From contig CP070838.1 of NCBI GenBank assembly GCA_020341835.1, forward strand, positions 1,884,143 to 1,943,503: 59,361 nt of DNA. Direction: 5' to 3'. Shown here one piece after another: positions 47,761 through 56,228 of this stretch. Positions within the stretch are counted from its first letter, which is position 1. Every line of letters begins with the position of its first letter. The position numbers and the translations under genes are program-made. The notes beneath the pieces were generated by a model that searched no databases, was not told where the DNA came from, and saw nothing but the letters and a program-made list of their open reading frames with translations. Source of the DNA: Thiotrichales bacterium (GTDB lineage Bacteria; Pseudomonadota; Gammaproteobacteria; SZUA-229).

Positions 47761-48603
47761 ATGCAATTCGAATTCACCAAAATGCACGGCATTGGCAACG
47801 ATTTCGTTGTGATCGATGCCATCAACCAGGACATCTCGCTGTCGGCGGAGCAGGTGCGCCTGGTTGCGGACCGGCATTTCGGTGTCGGCTGTGATCAGTT
47901 GCTGCTGGTCGAGCGGCCGGTTCATGCTGAAGCCGAGTTCAGGTACCGTATCTACAATGCTGACGGTGGTGAAGTTCAGCAGTGCGGTAACGGCGCGCGC
48001 TGCTTTGCTCGCTTCGTGCATGAAAACGGCATGACCGACAATACTACGATCCCGGTGGAAACCGCTGCCGGCATGATCTACCTGAAGCTCGAAGATGACG
48101 GCCAGGTCAGCGTCGACATGGGGGTTCCCTCGTTCGTACCTGCGTCGCTGCCGTTCAATGCCGATGATCTCGACAAAGACGACACCGAATACCACCAGCT
48201 CGTGGTGAATGGTGAAAAATATGCTATAGGTGCAGTATCGATGGGCAATCCGCATGCGGTATTGCTGGTAGACTCGGTTGACGAGGCGCCGGTCGAGAAG
48301 CTCGGTGCGGCTATCGAAAGCCATGAACGCTTTCCGGAGCGCGTCAATGTCGGCTTCATGGAAATCATGGATCGTTCGCGCATCCGTCTTCGCGTATTCG
48401 AACGCGGTGCCGGCGAAACACTGGCCTGCGGTACCGGGGCCTGCGCGGCGGTGGCCGTAGGCATCCACAACAGCCTGCTCGATCATACCGTTCAGGTTGA
48501 ACTAAGAGGCGGCAATCTAACCATTCGCTGGCAGGGCGGTGACAACACATTGTTGATGACCGGGCCGGCACAAACTGTATACAAAGGGCAAATGACACTG
48601 TGA
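47761..48603 (+). CDS. dapF: Diaminopimelate epimerase
   Basis: 280 aa, [15 protein letters not shown] ... [16 protein letters not shown] ... [16 protein letters not shown], with both catalytic Cys motifs. Confidence 0.95.
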   Translation: MQFEFTKMHGIGNDFVVIDAINQDISLSAEQVRLVADRHFGVGCDQLLLVERPVHAEAEFRYRIYNADGGEVQQCGNGARCFARFVHENGMTDNTTIPVETAAGMIYLKLEDDGQVSVDMGVPSFVPASLPFNADDLDKDDTEYHQLVVNGEKYAIGAVSMGNPHAVLLVDSVDEAPVEKLGAAIESHERFPERVNVGFMEIMDRSRIRLRVFERGAGETLACGTGACAAVAVGIHNSLLDHTVQVELRGGNLTIRWQGGDNTLLMTGPAQTVYKGQMTL

Positions 48604-49301
48604 GCACACAAGCACAAGAAAAACAACCAATGCTTGATTCCGAACAACAGCTGCTGGAGCTGTTAAAAGACTACCCCGACATCCTGGCCCGCAATCCTGC
48701 GTTACTGGCCGAACTCGAAATCCCGCACGAATCCGGCAGCGCTGTCTCGTTGATCGAGCGCCAGGTTGGCGTATTACGCGACAAGGTGCAGGCGCTGGAT
48801 AAACGCCTGCGTGACCTGATGGATATTGCCCGCGGCAACGAGCGCCTCGCCGAGAGCCGCCATCGCCTGGCGATCAACCTGCTCGGCGCGCGCGACCTGG
48901 AAGACGTGATCAGCATCGTCCTCGATGAACTCGGCAACGAACTGGAAGCGGACTATGCCGTCGTGCGCCTGCTTAGCGACGACGAGAGCAGGCTCAACGA
49001 CAGGCCGGATCTGTTCATCGAACCCACCACCGAAGAACTCAAATCTTTCTCCACGATGCTGGACAACAGGAAACCCCTGTGCGGCCGCTGCACGGCGGAA
49101 CAGAACGTGTTTCTTTTTGGTGATGATGCCGAACAAATCGGCTCAGCTGCAGTAATTCCGCTGGTCGCCGGGGCAAAGCTCGGCCTGCTCGCGCTCGGCG
49201 GTAAGGACGAAAACCGGTTCAGTATCGCGATGGGCACCGAATTCCTCGGCCAGATCGGTGAACTGGTCAGTGCGGCACTCGCCGTGCATCTCGAGGCCTG
49301 A
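48600..49301 (+). CDS. DUF484 family protein
   Basis: 233 aa in the conserved dapF-DUF484-xerC position, with 4-nt and 1-nt overlaps to its neighbours. Confidence 0.8.
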   Translation: MSTQAQEKQPMLDSEQQLLELLKDYPDILARNPALLAELEIPHESGSAVSLIERQVGVLRDKVQALDKRLRDLMDIARGNERLAESRHRLAINLLGARDLEDVISIVLDELGNELEADYAVVRLLSDDESRLNDRPDLFIEPTTEELKSFSTMLDNRKPLCGRCTAEQNVFLFGDDAEQIGSAAVIPLVAGAKLGLLALGGKDENRFSIAMGTEFLGQIGELVSAALAVHLEA

Positions 49302-50191
49302 TGAGTTTCGAGCCATACCTCAAGGCTTTCTACAGTTATCTGGAATCCGAGCGCAGGTATTCGCCGCACACACTGGCGGCCTACCAGCGTGACCTGAGCG
49401 CGTTTATCGCCTTCAGCCAGCAACAGAACATCGATGACTGGAAACAGGTCGATGACCTGCATGTGCGAGCTTTTGTTGCGAGCCAGCACCGCAAGGGCCT
49501 TTCCGGCAGCAGCCTGCAACGGCAGCTGTCCTCGATACGCACGCTGTTCAATTATCTGTGCAGACATCATCACGCGGACAAAAATCCGGCACAGGGTGTA
49601 CCGGCGCCGAAGTCACCGAAGCGCCTGCCGGAAACCCTGACCATCGATCAGCTGGAATGCCTGCTGGCTTTCCCGGGCGATGATGCACTGGCCTGCCGTG
49701 ACCGCGCGGTGATGGAGCTGTTATACGGCTGCGGGTTGCGCCTGTCAGAGCTGACCGGGCTGGAGCTGGGTGACATCGACTGGCAGCAACGCACGCTGAG
49801 CGTGACCGGCAAGGGACGCAAGCAGCGCCGTGTCCCGTTCGGCAAAAAGGCGGAACAGGCTTTGAAACAATGGCTGAAGCACCGCGCGATCGAAACGGAA
49901 CATACACAAAAAGCCTTGTTCACCGGCCGCAACGGTCAACGCATCAGCAACAGCAGCATCCAGCAGCGTCTGAAAAAACGCGCTAAACAGCAGGGCGTCG
50001 GCATCTCACTGCACCCGCATATGCTGCGCCACTCGTTCGCCTCGCACATCCTCGAATCTTCCAACGACCTGCGCGCCGTCCAGGAACTGCTGGGCCACGC
50101 CAACCTGAGCACAACACAGATCTACACCCACCTCGACTTCCAGCACCTCGCCGGCGTCTACGACAAGGCGCATCCGAGATCGAAAAAATAA
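49301..50191 (+). CDS. xerC: Tyrosine recombinase XerC
   Basis: 296 aa with catalytic residues in ELLYGCGLRLSEL, HPHMLRHSFASH and LLGHANLSTTQIYTH. Confidence 0.93.
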   Translation: MSFEPYLKAFYSYLESERRYSPHTLAAYQRDLSAFIAFSQQQNIDDWKQVDDLHVRAFVASQHRKGLSGSSLQRQLSSIRTLFNYLCRHHHADKNPAQGVPAPKSPKRLPETLTIDQLECLLAFPGDDALACRDRAVMELLYGCGLRLSELTGLELGDIDWQQRTLSVTGKGRKQRRVPFGKKAEQALKQWLKHRAIETEHTQKALFTGRNGQRISNSSIQQRLKKRAKQQGVGISLHPHMLRHSFASHILESSNDLRAVQELLGHANLSTTQIYTHLDFQHLAGVYDKAHPRSKK

Positions 50192-50202
50192 ATCAAGGTA
50201 TT

Positions 50203-50226
50203 TGTAGGAGCGGCTTTAGCCGCGAA
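50203..50226 (+). repeat. REP unit
   Basis: TGTAGGAGCGGCTTTAGCCGCGAA. Confidence 0.8.
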
Positions 50227-50266
50227 TAAATGTGCTTTCCCTGGGTATCGTACAAACGATATTCAA

Positions 50267-50488
50267 GTCCACAGATGAACGCAGATAAACACGGATTTGA
50301 AGGTTACTCGTCCGCGAAAAACGCGAATGACGCGAAAAGTACTGCCCACTTTAGTTGTGTTTGCGTTCTTTGCGTTTTTCGCGGACCTCTATTCAGTTCT
50401 CGATGATCGATGATACTGGATGTCCGTCTCTGAAGGGGTGGCGCAGGCAATATAAAACATCCGTGTTTATCTGCGTTCATCTGTGGAC
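50267..50488 (+). mobile_element. MITE-like element, copy D
   Basis: 30-bp perfect terminal inverted repeat identical to copy B (GTCCACAGATGAACGCAGATAAACACGGAT), with the nested inner repeat GTCCGCGAAAAACGC / GCGTTTTTCGCGGAC. Confidence 0.8.
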
Positions 50489-50635
50489 TGAGTTGCAGTA
50501 CGTGTAGAAAATAACGACTTAGCTTTGCGCTTGTGCGGGAAGCAACACCTGGTGCAAAGTAAGCAAGCCCAGCCATTGAAACCGCTATAATCGCCACCAT
50601 TATTAACCCATTGCAATAATTAACCCGTACCAACC

Positions 50636-51418
50636 ATGCTGATCACCCTCTCACCGTCCAAGGGACAGGATTTTGAAACACCGAGCCTGAGCAAAACCCA
50701 CAGCAAACCCGGATCACTAAAAGACTCCGAGCTGCTGATCAAGGAATTGCGCAAGATCAAACAGCAGGACATCCAGGAGCTGATGAGCGTCAGCGAGAAC
50801 ATCGCCAGACTGACCGCGGACCGCTACAAGGCCTTCAAGACACCGTTCACGCCGAAAAATGCCAAGCAGGCGATTTTCGCGTTCAAGGGCGATGTCTACA
50901 GCGGCATCGACATCGAAAACTACCGGGAAGCCGATCTGAAATACGCGCAGAACCACTTGCGCATACTCTCCGGACTGTACGGTTGCCTGCGCCCGCTGGA
51001 CCTGATCCAGCCCTATCGCCTCGAAATGAAAACAAAGCTGAAGAACGCGCGTGGTGACAACCTCTACCAGTTCTGGGGTGACCGGATCACTGACTGTCTG
51101 AACACCGAGCTGGACAAACAGAAGGAGCCGGTGCTGGTCAACCTGGCATCGAACGAGTATTTCAAGTCGGTGAAGCCGAAAAAGCTGAACGGGCGTCTGC
51201 TGAACATCAACTTCAAGGAAACCAAGGACGGCAAAACCCGCGTGGTCGCGATTTTCGCCAAACGCGCACGCGGCATGATGGCCGACTATATCCTGCGCAA
51301 CCGCATCGAGAATGCCGAAGACATCAAGCAGTTCAGCGAAGGCGGCTACCGTTTCAACAAGGCTTTGTCGGACGACAAGCAGTGGACATTCGAGCGCCCG
51401 CAGCCGCCGTCGCCTTAG
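50636..51418 (+). CDS. yaaA: Peroxide stress protein YaaA (UPF0246)
   Basis: 260 aa, MLITLSPSKGQDF ... AIFAFKGDVYSGI ... LRILSGLYGCLRPLDLIQPYRLEM, the canonical YaaA motifs. Confidence 0.9.
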   Translation: MLITLSPSKGQDFETPSLSKTHSKPGSLKDSELLIKELRKIKQQDIQELMSVSENIARLTADRYKAFKTPFTPKNAKQAIFAFKGDVYSGIDIENYREADLKYAQNHLRILSGLYGCLRPLDLIQPYRLEMKTKLKNARGDNLYQFWGDRITDCLNTELDKQKEPVLVNLASNEYFKSVKPKKLNGRLLNINFKETKDGKTRVVAIFAKRARGMMADYILRNRIENAEDIKQFSEGGYRFNKALSDDKQWTFERPQPPSP

Positions 51419-51430
51419 AAGTAAAGATGC

Positions 51431-51643
51431 TCTCGCCAAGGCGCAAAGCCCGCAAAGCGTATTATTGAATTAACCGCAGAGGCACGGAGATTGTGGTAAC
51501 GGTTGTAGCCCGGATGAAGTGCAACGCAATCCGGGAATTCTTTGAGAAATTGAAAACCCCGGATTCCACTTCGTTGCATCCGGGCTACACCGTTGCCGCG
51601 ATAGACAAGAATATAACTTTGCGTCCTTAGCGCCTTGGCGAGA
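51431..51643. repeat. Composite inverted-repeat element (family 2/3)
   Basis: The outer 14-bp inverted repeat is perfect (TCTCGCCAAGGCGC / GCGCCTTGGCGAGA) and extends imperfectly to about 27 nt. It contains AACCGCAGAGGCACGGAG (family 2 core) and an inner inverted repeat GTAGCCCGGATGAAGTGCAACGCAATCCGGG ... CCGGATTCCACTTCGTTGCATCCGGGCTAC (51505-51588). Confidence 0.65.
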
Positions 51644-51650
51644 GAAAAAA

Positions 51651-51681
51651 CCTGAGTATGTGTAGAATTACGGCCCCTTTA
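51651..51681 (+). promoter_or_regulatory. Candidate sigma-32 (heat-shock) promoter for hslVU
   Basis: CCTGAGT (51651-51657), a 16-nt spacer, then CCCCTTTA (51674-51681), compared with the consensus CTTGAAA-N13-17-CCCCATNT. hslVU belongs to the sigma-32 regulon in E. coli. Confidence 0.35.
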
Positions 51682-51707
51682 GCCGAATGACCCAGCAGGA
51701 GTAAAAC

Positions 51708-52247
51708 GTGCAAAATTTTCATGGCACCACGATTCTGACGGTACGCCGCGGCGGCAGCGTCGTTGTCGGTGGCGACGGCCAGGTCACGCTGGGCGACACC
51801 ATCATGAAGGGCAATGCGACCAAGGTGCGTAAGGTTTACAAGGACAGGGTGATCGCGGGCTTTGCCGGCGCAACCGCCGATGCCTTTACGCTGATGGAGC
51901 GTTTTGAAAGCATGCTGGACAAGCACAATGGCCAGCTCAAGCGGGCCGCGGTCGAGCTGGCGAAGGACTGGCGCACGGACCGCATGCTGCGCCGCCTCGA
52001 AGCAATGATGATCGTGGCCGACAAAGATGCGTCGCTGCTGATATCGGGCACCGGCGATGTGATCGATACCATGGACGACCTGATCGCGATCGGTTCGGGC
52101 GGCCCCTATGCCCAGTCGGCAGCCCGCGGTCTGTTCGATAACACGGAACTGTCAGCCAGGGAGATCGTCGAAAAAAGCCTCAAGATCGCGGGGGATATCT
52201 GTATATATACCAATGATGCCCTCACGATCGAAGAAATTAGCAAATAA
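51708..52247 (+). CDS. hslV: ATP-dependent protease subunit HslV
   Basis: GTG start after AGGAG. ...[24 protein letters not shown]... The N-terminal length is uncertain (an in-frame ATG lies at 51721), because the catalytic Thr must become the N-terminus. Confidence 0.92.
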   Translation: MQNFHGTTILTVRRGGSVVVGGDGQVTLGDTIMKGNATKVRKVYKDRVIAGFAGATADAFTLMERFESMLDKHNGQLKRAAVELAKDWRTDRMLRRLEAMMIVADKDASLLISGTGDVIDTMDDLIAIGSGGPYAQSAARGLFDNTELSAREIVEKSLKIAGDICIYTNDALTIEEISK

Positions 52248-52271
52248 CGGAATCACCCGAGAGTTCAAGCC

Positions 52272-53600
52272 ATGTCGGAAATGACCCCGCGAGAAATCGT
52301 ACAGGAACTGGACAAGCACATCATCGGCCAGGACGCCGCCAAGCGCGCGGTCGCGATAGCGCTGCGCAACCGCTGGCGCCGGATGCAGATCCACGAAGAA
52401 CTGCGCAACGAAATCACGCCAAAGAACATTCTGATGATCGGCCCGACCGGCGTCGGCAAGACCGAGATCGCGCGTCGTCTGGCGCATCTGGCGAGGGCGC
52501 CGTTCGTCAAGGTCGAGGCGACAAAATTCACCGAAGTGGGCTATGTTGGCCGTGAAGTTGACTCGATCATCCGTGATCTTGTCGATATCTCGATCAAGAC
52601 CACGCGCGAGCAGGAGATGGAAAAAGTCCGCCACCTGGCCGAGGACGCGGTCGAGGAGCGCATCCTGGACGTGCTGTTGCCGCCGCCACGCGACAGCTTC
52701 GGCGAGCCGGAAGCGGACCGCGATTCATCGACGCGGCAAAAATTCAGGGTCAAGCTGCGCGAAGGCCGGCTCGACGACAAGGAAATCGAGATCGATGTCA
52801 CCGTCAAGCCGGTCGGCGTGGAAATCATGGCGCCGCCGGGCATGGAAGAAATGACCAGCCAGTTGCAGGGCCTGTTCCAGAACATGGGCAGCGAAAAGAA
52901 AAAGACCCGCAAGATGACCATTGCGCAGGCGAAGAAGCTGCTGCTCGATGAAGAGGCCTCGAAGCTGGTCAAGGAAGATGAACTCAAGGCGAAAGCGCTG
53001 GAGAACGCCGAACAGAACGGCATCGTGTTCATCGACGAGATCGACAAGGTCGCAAAACGCGCCGATACCGGCGGGGCCGACGTCTCCCGCGAGGGTGTGC
53101 AGCGCGACCTGCTGCCGCTGGTCGAGGGCTGCACGGTCACGACCAAGTACGGCATGGTCAAGACCGATCATATTCTGTTCATAGCCTCGGGTGCGTTCCA
53201 CCTGTCCAAGCCCTCGGATCTGATCCCGGAACTGCAGGGCCGCCTGCCGATCCGGGTTGAATTCACCGCGCTCAATGCCGATGACTTCAAACGTATCCTG
53301 ATCGAACCCGATGCTTCACTGACGACCCAGTACGCTGCATTGATGAAAACCGAAGGTGTTGGCCTCGAGTTTTCCGCCGACGGGGTCGAACGTGTCGCCG
53401 AAGTCGCTTTCGATGTCAACGAGCGCTCGGAAAACATCGGTGCCCGCCGTCTGCATACGGTGATGGAGCGATTGCTGGAAGAAATATCCTTCGATGCCCC
53501 CGACAAGGCGGGTCAGCAGCTGATCATCGACCGCGAATATGTAGACGACAGCCTGGGTGAGCTGGTCGAAGACGAAGACCTGAGTCGCTATATCCTGTAA
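52272..53600 (+). CDS. hslU: ATP-dependent protease ATPase subunit HslU
   Basis: 442 aa, [34 protein letters not shown], Walker [16 protein letters not shown], and C-terminal DLSRYIL. Confidence 0.96.
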   Translation: MSEMTPREIVQELDKHIIGQDAAKRAVAIALRNRWRRMQIHEELRNEITPKNILMIGPTGVGKTEIARRLAHLARAPFVKVEATKFTEVGYVGREVDSIIRDLVDISIKTTREQEMEKVRHLAEDAVEERILDVLLPPPRDSFGEPEADRDSSTRQKFRVKLREGRLDDKEIEIDVTVKPVGVEIMAPPGMEEMTSQLQGLFQNMGSEKKKTRKMTIAQAKKLLLDEEASKLVKEDELKAKALENAEQNGIVFIDEIDKVAKRADTGGADVSREGVQRDLLPLVEGCTVTTKYGMVKTDHILFIASGAFHLSKPSDLIPELQGRLPIRVEFTALNADDFKRILIEPDASLTTQYAALMKTEGVGLEFSADGVERVAEVAFDVNERSENIGARRLHTVMERLLEEISFDAPDKAGQQLIIDREYVDDSLGELVEDEDLSRYIL

Positions 53601-53608
53601 AGATTACT

Positions 53609-53830
53609 TAACGCAGAGACGCCAGGACGCAAAGGACGCAAAGTGATTTTTTTTACCGCAGAGGCGCCGAGTCTCTATATTTACTGTCATGTCGAAGCTG
53701 CCGCGTGACTGAGATTCTTCCTGAAGATCGATGATCTGTCGCCGCAGTAGAGATAATAATGAACCATAAGTGTCCGCGACTCTACGGTTGATCAGTGCGT
53801 AGCCCGGATGCAGTGAAACGGAATCCGGGC
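53609..53830. repeat. Cluster of family 2/3 repeat fragments
   Basis: AACGCAGAGACGCCAGGACGCAAAGGACGCAAAG, ACCGCAGAGGCGCCGAGTC with a partial inverted partner GTCCGCGACTCTACGGT, and the hairpin GTAGCCCGGATGCAGTGAAACGGAATCCGGGC (53809-53830). Confidence 0.5.
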
Positions 53831-54116
53831 TTTCGTCCGAATAACCGGGTATTTCAGGCTGTCATAGTCGCAGCGTTTCTGCCGTAAATCTGACTTGGAT
53901 CAATAAACAGGTTGTTTGCCAAGCCCGTCTTCACGGCGCCAAGCCGGTTAAGTGTCATTAAACCCCAGAAAATGTAAGAATAATTTACAGTTTCGTTCAC
54001 CCAGTCTCCCGAATCGCGCGAAAATCGTGTTATTTGCCACAATTGATGACATTGTGACCAGAATATCCGCAGGCACATGTCATCTTGTCATTTTGCCAAG
54101 CCTTTGAAGACGGGTG

Positions 54117-54134
54117 ACTGTCAATAATGACAGT
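54117..54134. promoter_or_regulatory. Perfect 7-4-7 palindrome (candidate activator/UAS site)
   Basis: ACTGTCA-ATAA-TGACAGT, about 150 bp upstream of the sigma-54-like element. Additional TGTCAT repeats lie at 54078-54083 and 54086-54091. Confidence 0.35.
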
Positions 54135-54276
54135 TGATTCGTAGCATCTTGTTCACATACCTGCCTGTTTGACCAGCACATTACCTGTGCCCATGTACGG
54201 GATTTTTTACACATTTAGATTTTAATAATTCACTTATATTACTGTAAGTGTTTGATGTGCAGATCAAAGGTGATAG

Positions 54277-54292
54277 TGGCACACTAATTGCT
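54277..54292 (+). promoter_or_regulatory. Sigma-54 (-24/-12) promoter candidate upstream of the multicopper oxidase
   Basis: TGGCAC-ACTAA-TTGCT matches the consensus TGGCAC-N5-TTGCW, with exact GG-N10-GC spacing. It lies about 200 nt upstream of the ATG at 54490. Confidence 0.6.
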
Positions 54293-54489
54293 ATCTGAAG
54301 AGTTGTAACTTAGTCACTAATTTCAATATTTTAAGTGAATTGTCATTGGAGTTTCACAACATTCACTTGGAAGGGGGGTAGCGTAACGGCTGAGAACGGG
54401 AGGGAAGAAGACCCAGATGTATTGATTGAGTTAACGAATCTGAAAATGAGTAAAAGTTAGTTAATTGAGTAAAAATGAGGAGAGGTCAA

Positions 54490-56010
54490 ATGAAACAAAT
54501 GAAGAAAGTTGCCATCGCCAGCGTGGTCTGCGCCGGCGCCCTGGTAACAGCCCTGCCAGCCAGTGGCGCGGTGCGGAACCTTTTTATCGCCGCCACCGAC
54601 GGCTTCCACCATGTGCCGAATCACATCGGCACTCCACCGGACGTAACAGGTGATGGTTCGACACCAGGTGCTCCGGCATTTATCGATCCAGCATCCTACC
54701 GCAAGGTCTACATGCGTGGTTTCTGTGATGATATTGATGCTGTTGGCCAGGCTACACCGGGCTGCGCGATGCTGCCGGCACCGATCATCGATGTAAATGT
54801 GGGCGATGACGTGTTTATCCAGCTGCGCAACATCGATAACGTGGTTGCAACTTCACCGAAGGACCCGCACACCATCCATCTGCACGGTCAGCAGGTGACC
54901 ACGCAGAACGACGGCTTCAATGAAACCTCGTTCGAGGTACCGGCGATCAACGATGGCTGCGTCGATGCTACGGGCGCTCCAGTTCCCTGTAACAACAAGG
55001 CCGTGTACTACTGGTACGCCGACAAGCCCGGCACCTTCATGTGGCACTGCCACGTCGAGGCCTCCGAGCACATCGGCATGGGTATGTACGGCGCACTGAT
55101 CGTAAGGCCTGAGACAAATCCGGGTGGGCAAGGTGGTCCCGGTACTGTATACGGTGGCAAGTTCAACGACGCCTATGACAAGGAATACGTCTGGCTGCTG
55201 TCCGATCTGGACCAGGTGAGCCGTGATGCGATCCAGAGTGACTTCACGCCTGCAACACTCGCCGGTACTGCAATGGACCCGGCAGTGACAGGTGTCGATC
55301 CGGCGGCTATCACCAACTACAACTTCGCCGATTACGAGTCCGACTGGTGGCTGATCAACGGCCGTGCGTTCCCGGATACCATCCTGGCTGCGAGCACGCC
55401 AGCAGCTGATGCTGCCTGCGCAACAGATCCATTGCGTGTCGCGGACATGGGTGTCGACCCCGTCGTGGGTTGCAACCCGCCTGCTTCCGGACCGCCAAGC
55501 GGCTTCCTGACCGGCTCCAACAATATTGCAACCTATGCGCCACTGATTGCAGCGCAATGGAATGATCGTGTGCTGGTGCGCACCATCAACATGGGTTATG
55601 AGGATCAGAGCTTCCACTTCCACGGCTGGCACTTCAATGTCGTGGGTAAGGATGCGAATCCGGTTCCGGTCAAATCACAGGTCGAGCAGTACACGCTGCA
55701 CATCGGTTCCGGTGAGGCTCACGACGTGATCATCAACATGGTCGAAACGGCCAACCATCAGAACGGTGGTAGCGGCCCGAACGGCGCAGGCTTCTCCAAT
55801 ATCACCGGCCAGGGCAATGGTCTGAACGAGTTTGCCTGCATCTGGGGTGTTTACGCTGATACTGCTGCAGGCTGCTTGAGCCCGTTTGGTTCGGGTGATG
55901 GCAACATGGCCTATCAGTGGTACCCGGCACACAGCCATTATGATTACCAGGTCACCAACAACGGTGGCTATCCCGGTGGTCAGGCTGGCTTGATGCTGGT
56001 GACACCGTAA
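54490..56010 (+). CDS. Multicopper oxidase, two-cupredoxin-domain architecture with the type-1 Cu site in the N-terminal domain
   Basis: The ATG at 54490 follows GAGGAGAGG. Sec signal MKQMKKVAIASVVCAGALVTALPASGA. Copper motifs in order are HLHG (codons at about 54877), WHCHVEASEHIGMGM (55045), HFHGWH (about 55615) and HSH (55930). Confidence 0.85.
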   Translation: MKQMKKVAIASVVCAGALVTALPASGAVRNLFIAATDGFHHVPNHIGTPPDVTGDGSTPGAPAFIDPASYRKVYMRGFCDDIDAVGQATPGCAMLPAPIIDVNVGDDVFIQLRNIDNVVATSPKDPHTIHLHGQQVTTQNDGFNETSFEVPAINDGCVDATGAPVPCNNKAVYYWYADKPGTFMWHCHVEASEHIGMGMYGALIVRPETNPGGQGGPGTVYGGKFNDAYDKEYVWLLSDLDQVSRDAIQSDFTPATLAGTAMDPAVTGVDPAAITNYNFADYESDWWLINGRAFPDTILAASTPAADAACATDPLRVADMGVDPVVGCNPPASGPPSGFLTGSNNIATYAPLIAAQWNDRVLVRTINMGYEDQSFHFHGWHFNVVGKDANPVPVKSQVEQYTLHIGSGEAHDVIINMVETANHQNGGSGPNGAGFSNITGQGNGLNEFACIWGVYADTAAGCLSPFGSGDGNMAYQWYPAHSHYDYQVTNNGGYPGGQAGLMLVTP

Positions 56011-56035
56011 CAACAGCAGTTCATGGCTGTAACAA

Positions 56036-56065
56036 AGAGAGCAGCGCAAGCTGCTCTCTTTTTTT
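56036..56065 (+). terminator. Rho-independent terminator after the multicopper oxidase
   Basis: AGAGAGCAGC-GCAA-GCTGCTCTCT (10-bp perfect stem) followed by TTTTTT. Confidence 0.75.
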
Positions 56066-56228
56066 AAACGCTGTCAGCACACCTTATTGAACTTGAATTA
56101 CCGGGAAGACATCCTGGCATTACTACACGCCCCTGTTAGCATAGAGGCTTATTTACGCTGTAGAATTGCATGGCCTGCCATGTTAAGTCGTAAAATAATC
56201 GCAAATAGTTACATAGAGGTATCCATCC

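Noticed and set aside
47686-48486. 266-aa ORF on the minus strand
   Set aside because: It is antisense to dapF, which is unambiguous. Its 3' end also runs into MITE copy C.
35278-50488. Possibility that the repeated 30-mers constitute a CRISPR array
   Set aside because: The repeats are inverted pairs that bound conserved ~160-bp interiors, and they are scattered over 15 kb between genes. They are not regularly spaced direct repeats with unique spacers, and there are no cas genes.
50717-51439. 240-aa ORF on the minus strand
   Set aside because: It is antisense to yaaA and has no motifs.
53854-54078. 74-aa ORF on the minus strand in the hslU-MCO spacer
   Set aside because: It has no Shine-Dalgarno sequence, no recognisable motif and odd composition (Trp/Cys-rich). 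It lies in a repeat-rich regulatory spacer, so I do not call it a gene. A degraded gene remnant cannot be excluded.
54085-54094. TTGTCATTTT resembling the right half of the E. coli CusR box (AAAATGACAA-NN-TTGTCATTTT)
   Set aside because: Only one half-site matches. The left half is a direct TGTCAT repeat, not the inverted half, and the site lies about 400 bp from the oxidase start. This is insufficient to call a CusR/CopR site.
56066-56228. MerR/CueR-type or sigma-54 promoter upstream of the 56229 operon (TGGCAT at about 56115; TTAGCA...TAGAAT)
   Set aside because: TGGCAT is not followed by GC at the required spacing, and no convincing dyad lies between -35 and -10. Only a weak sigma-70-like pair is visible, so no promoter is called.
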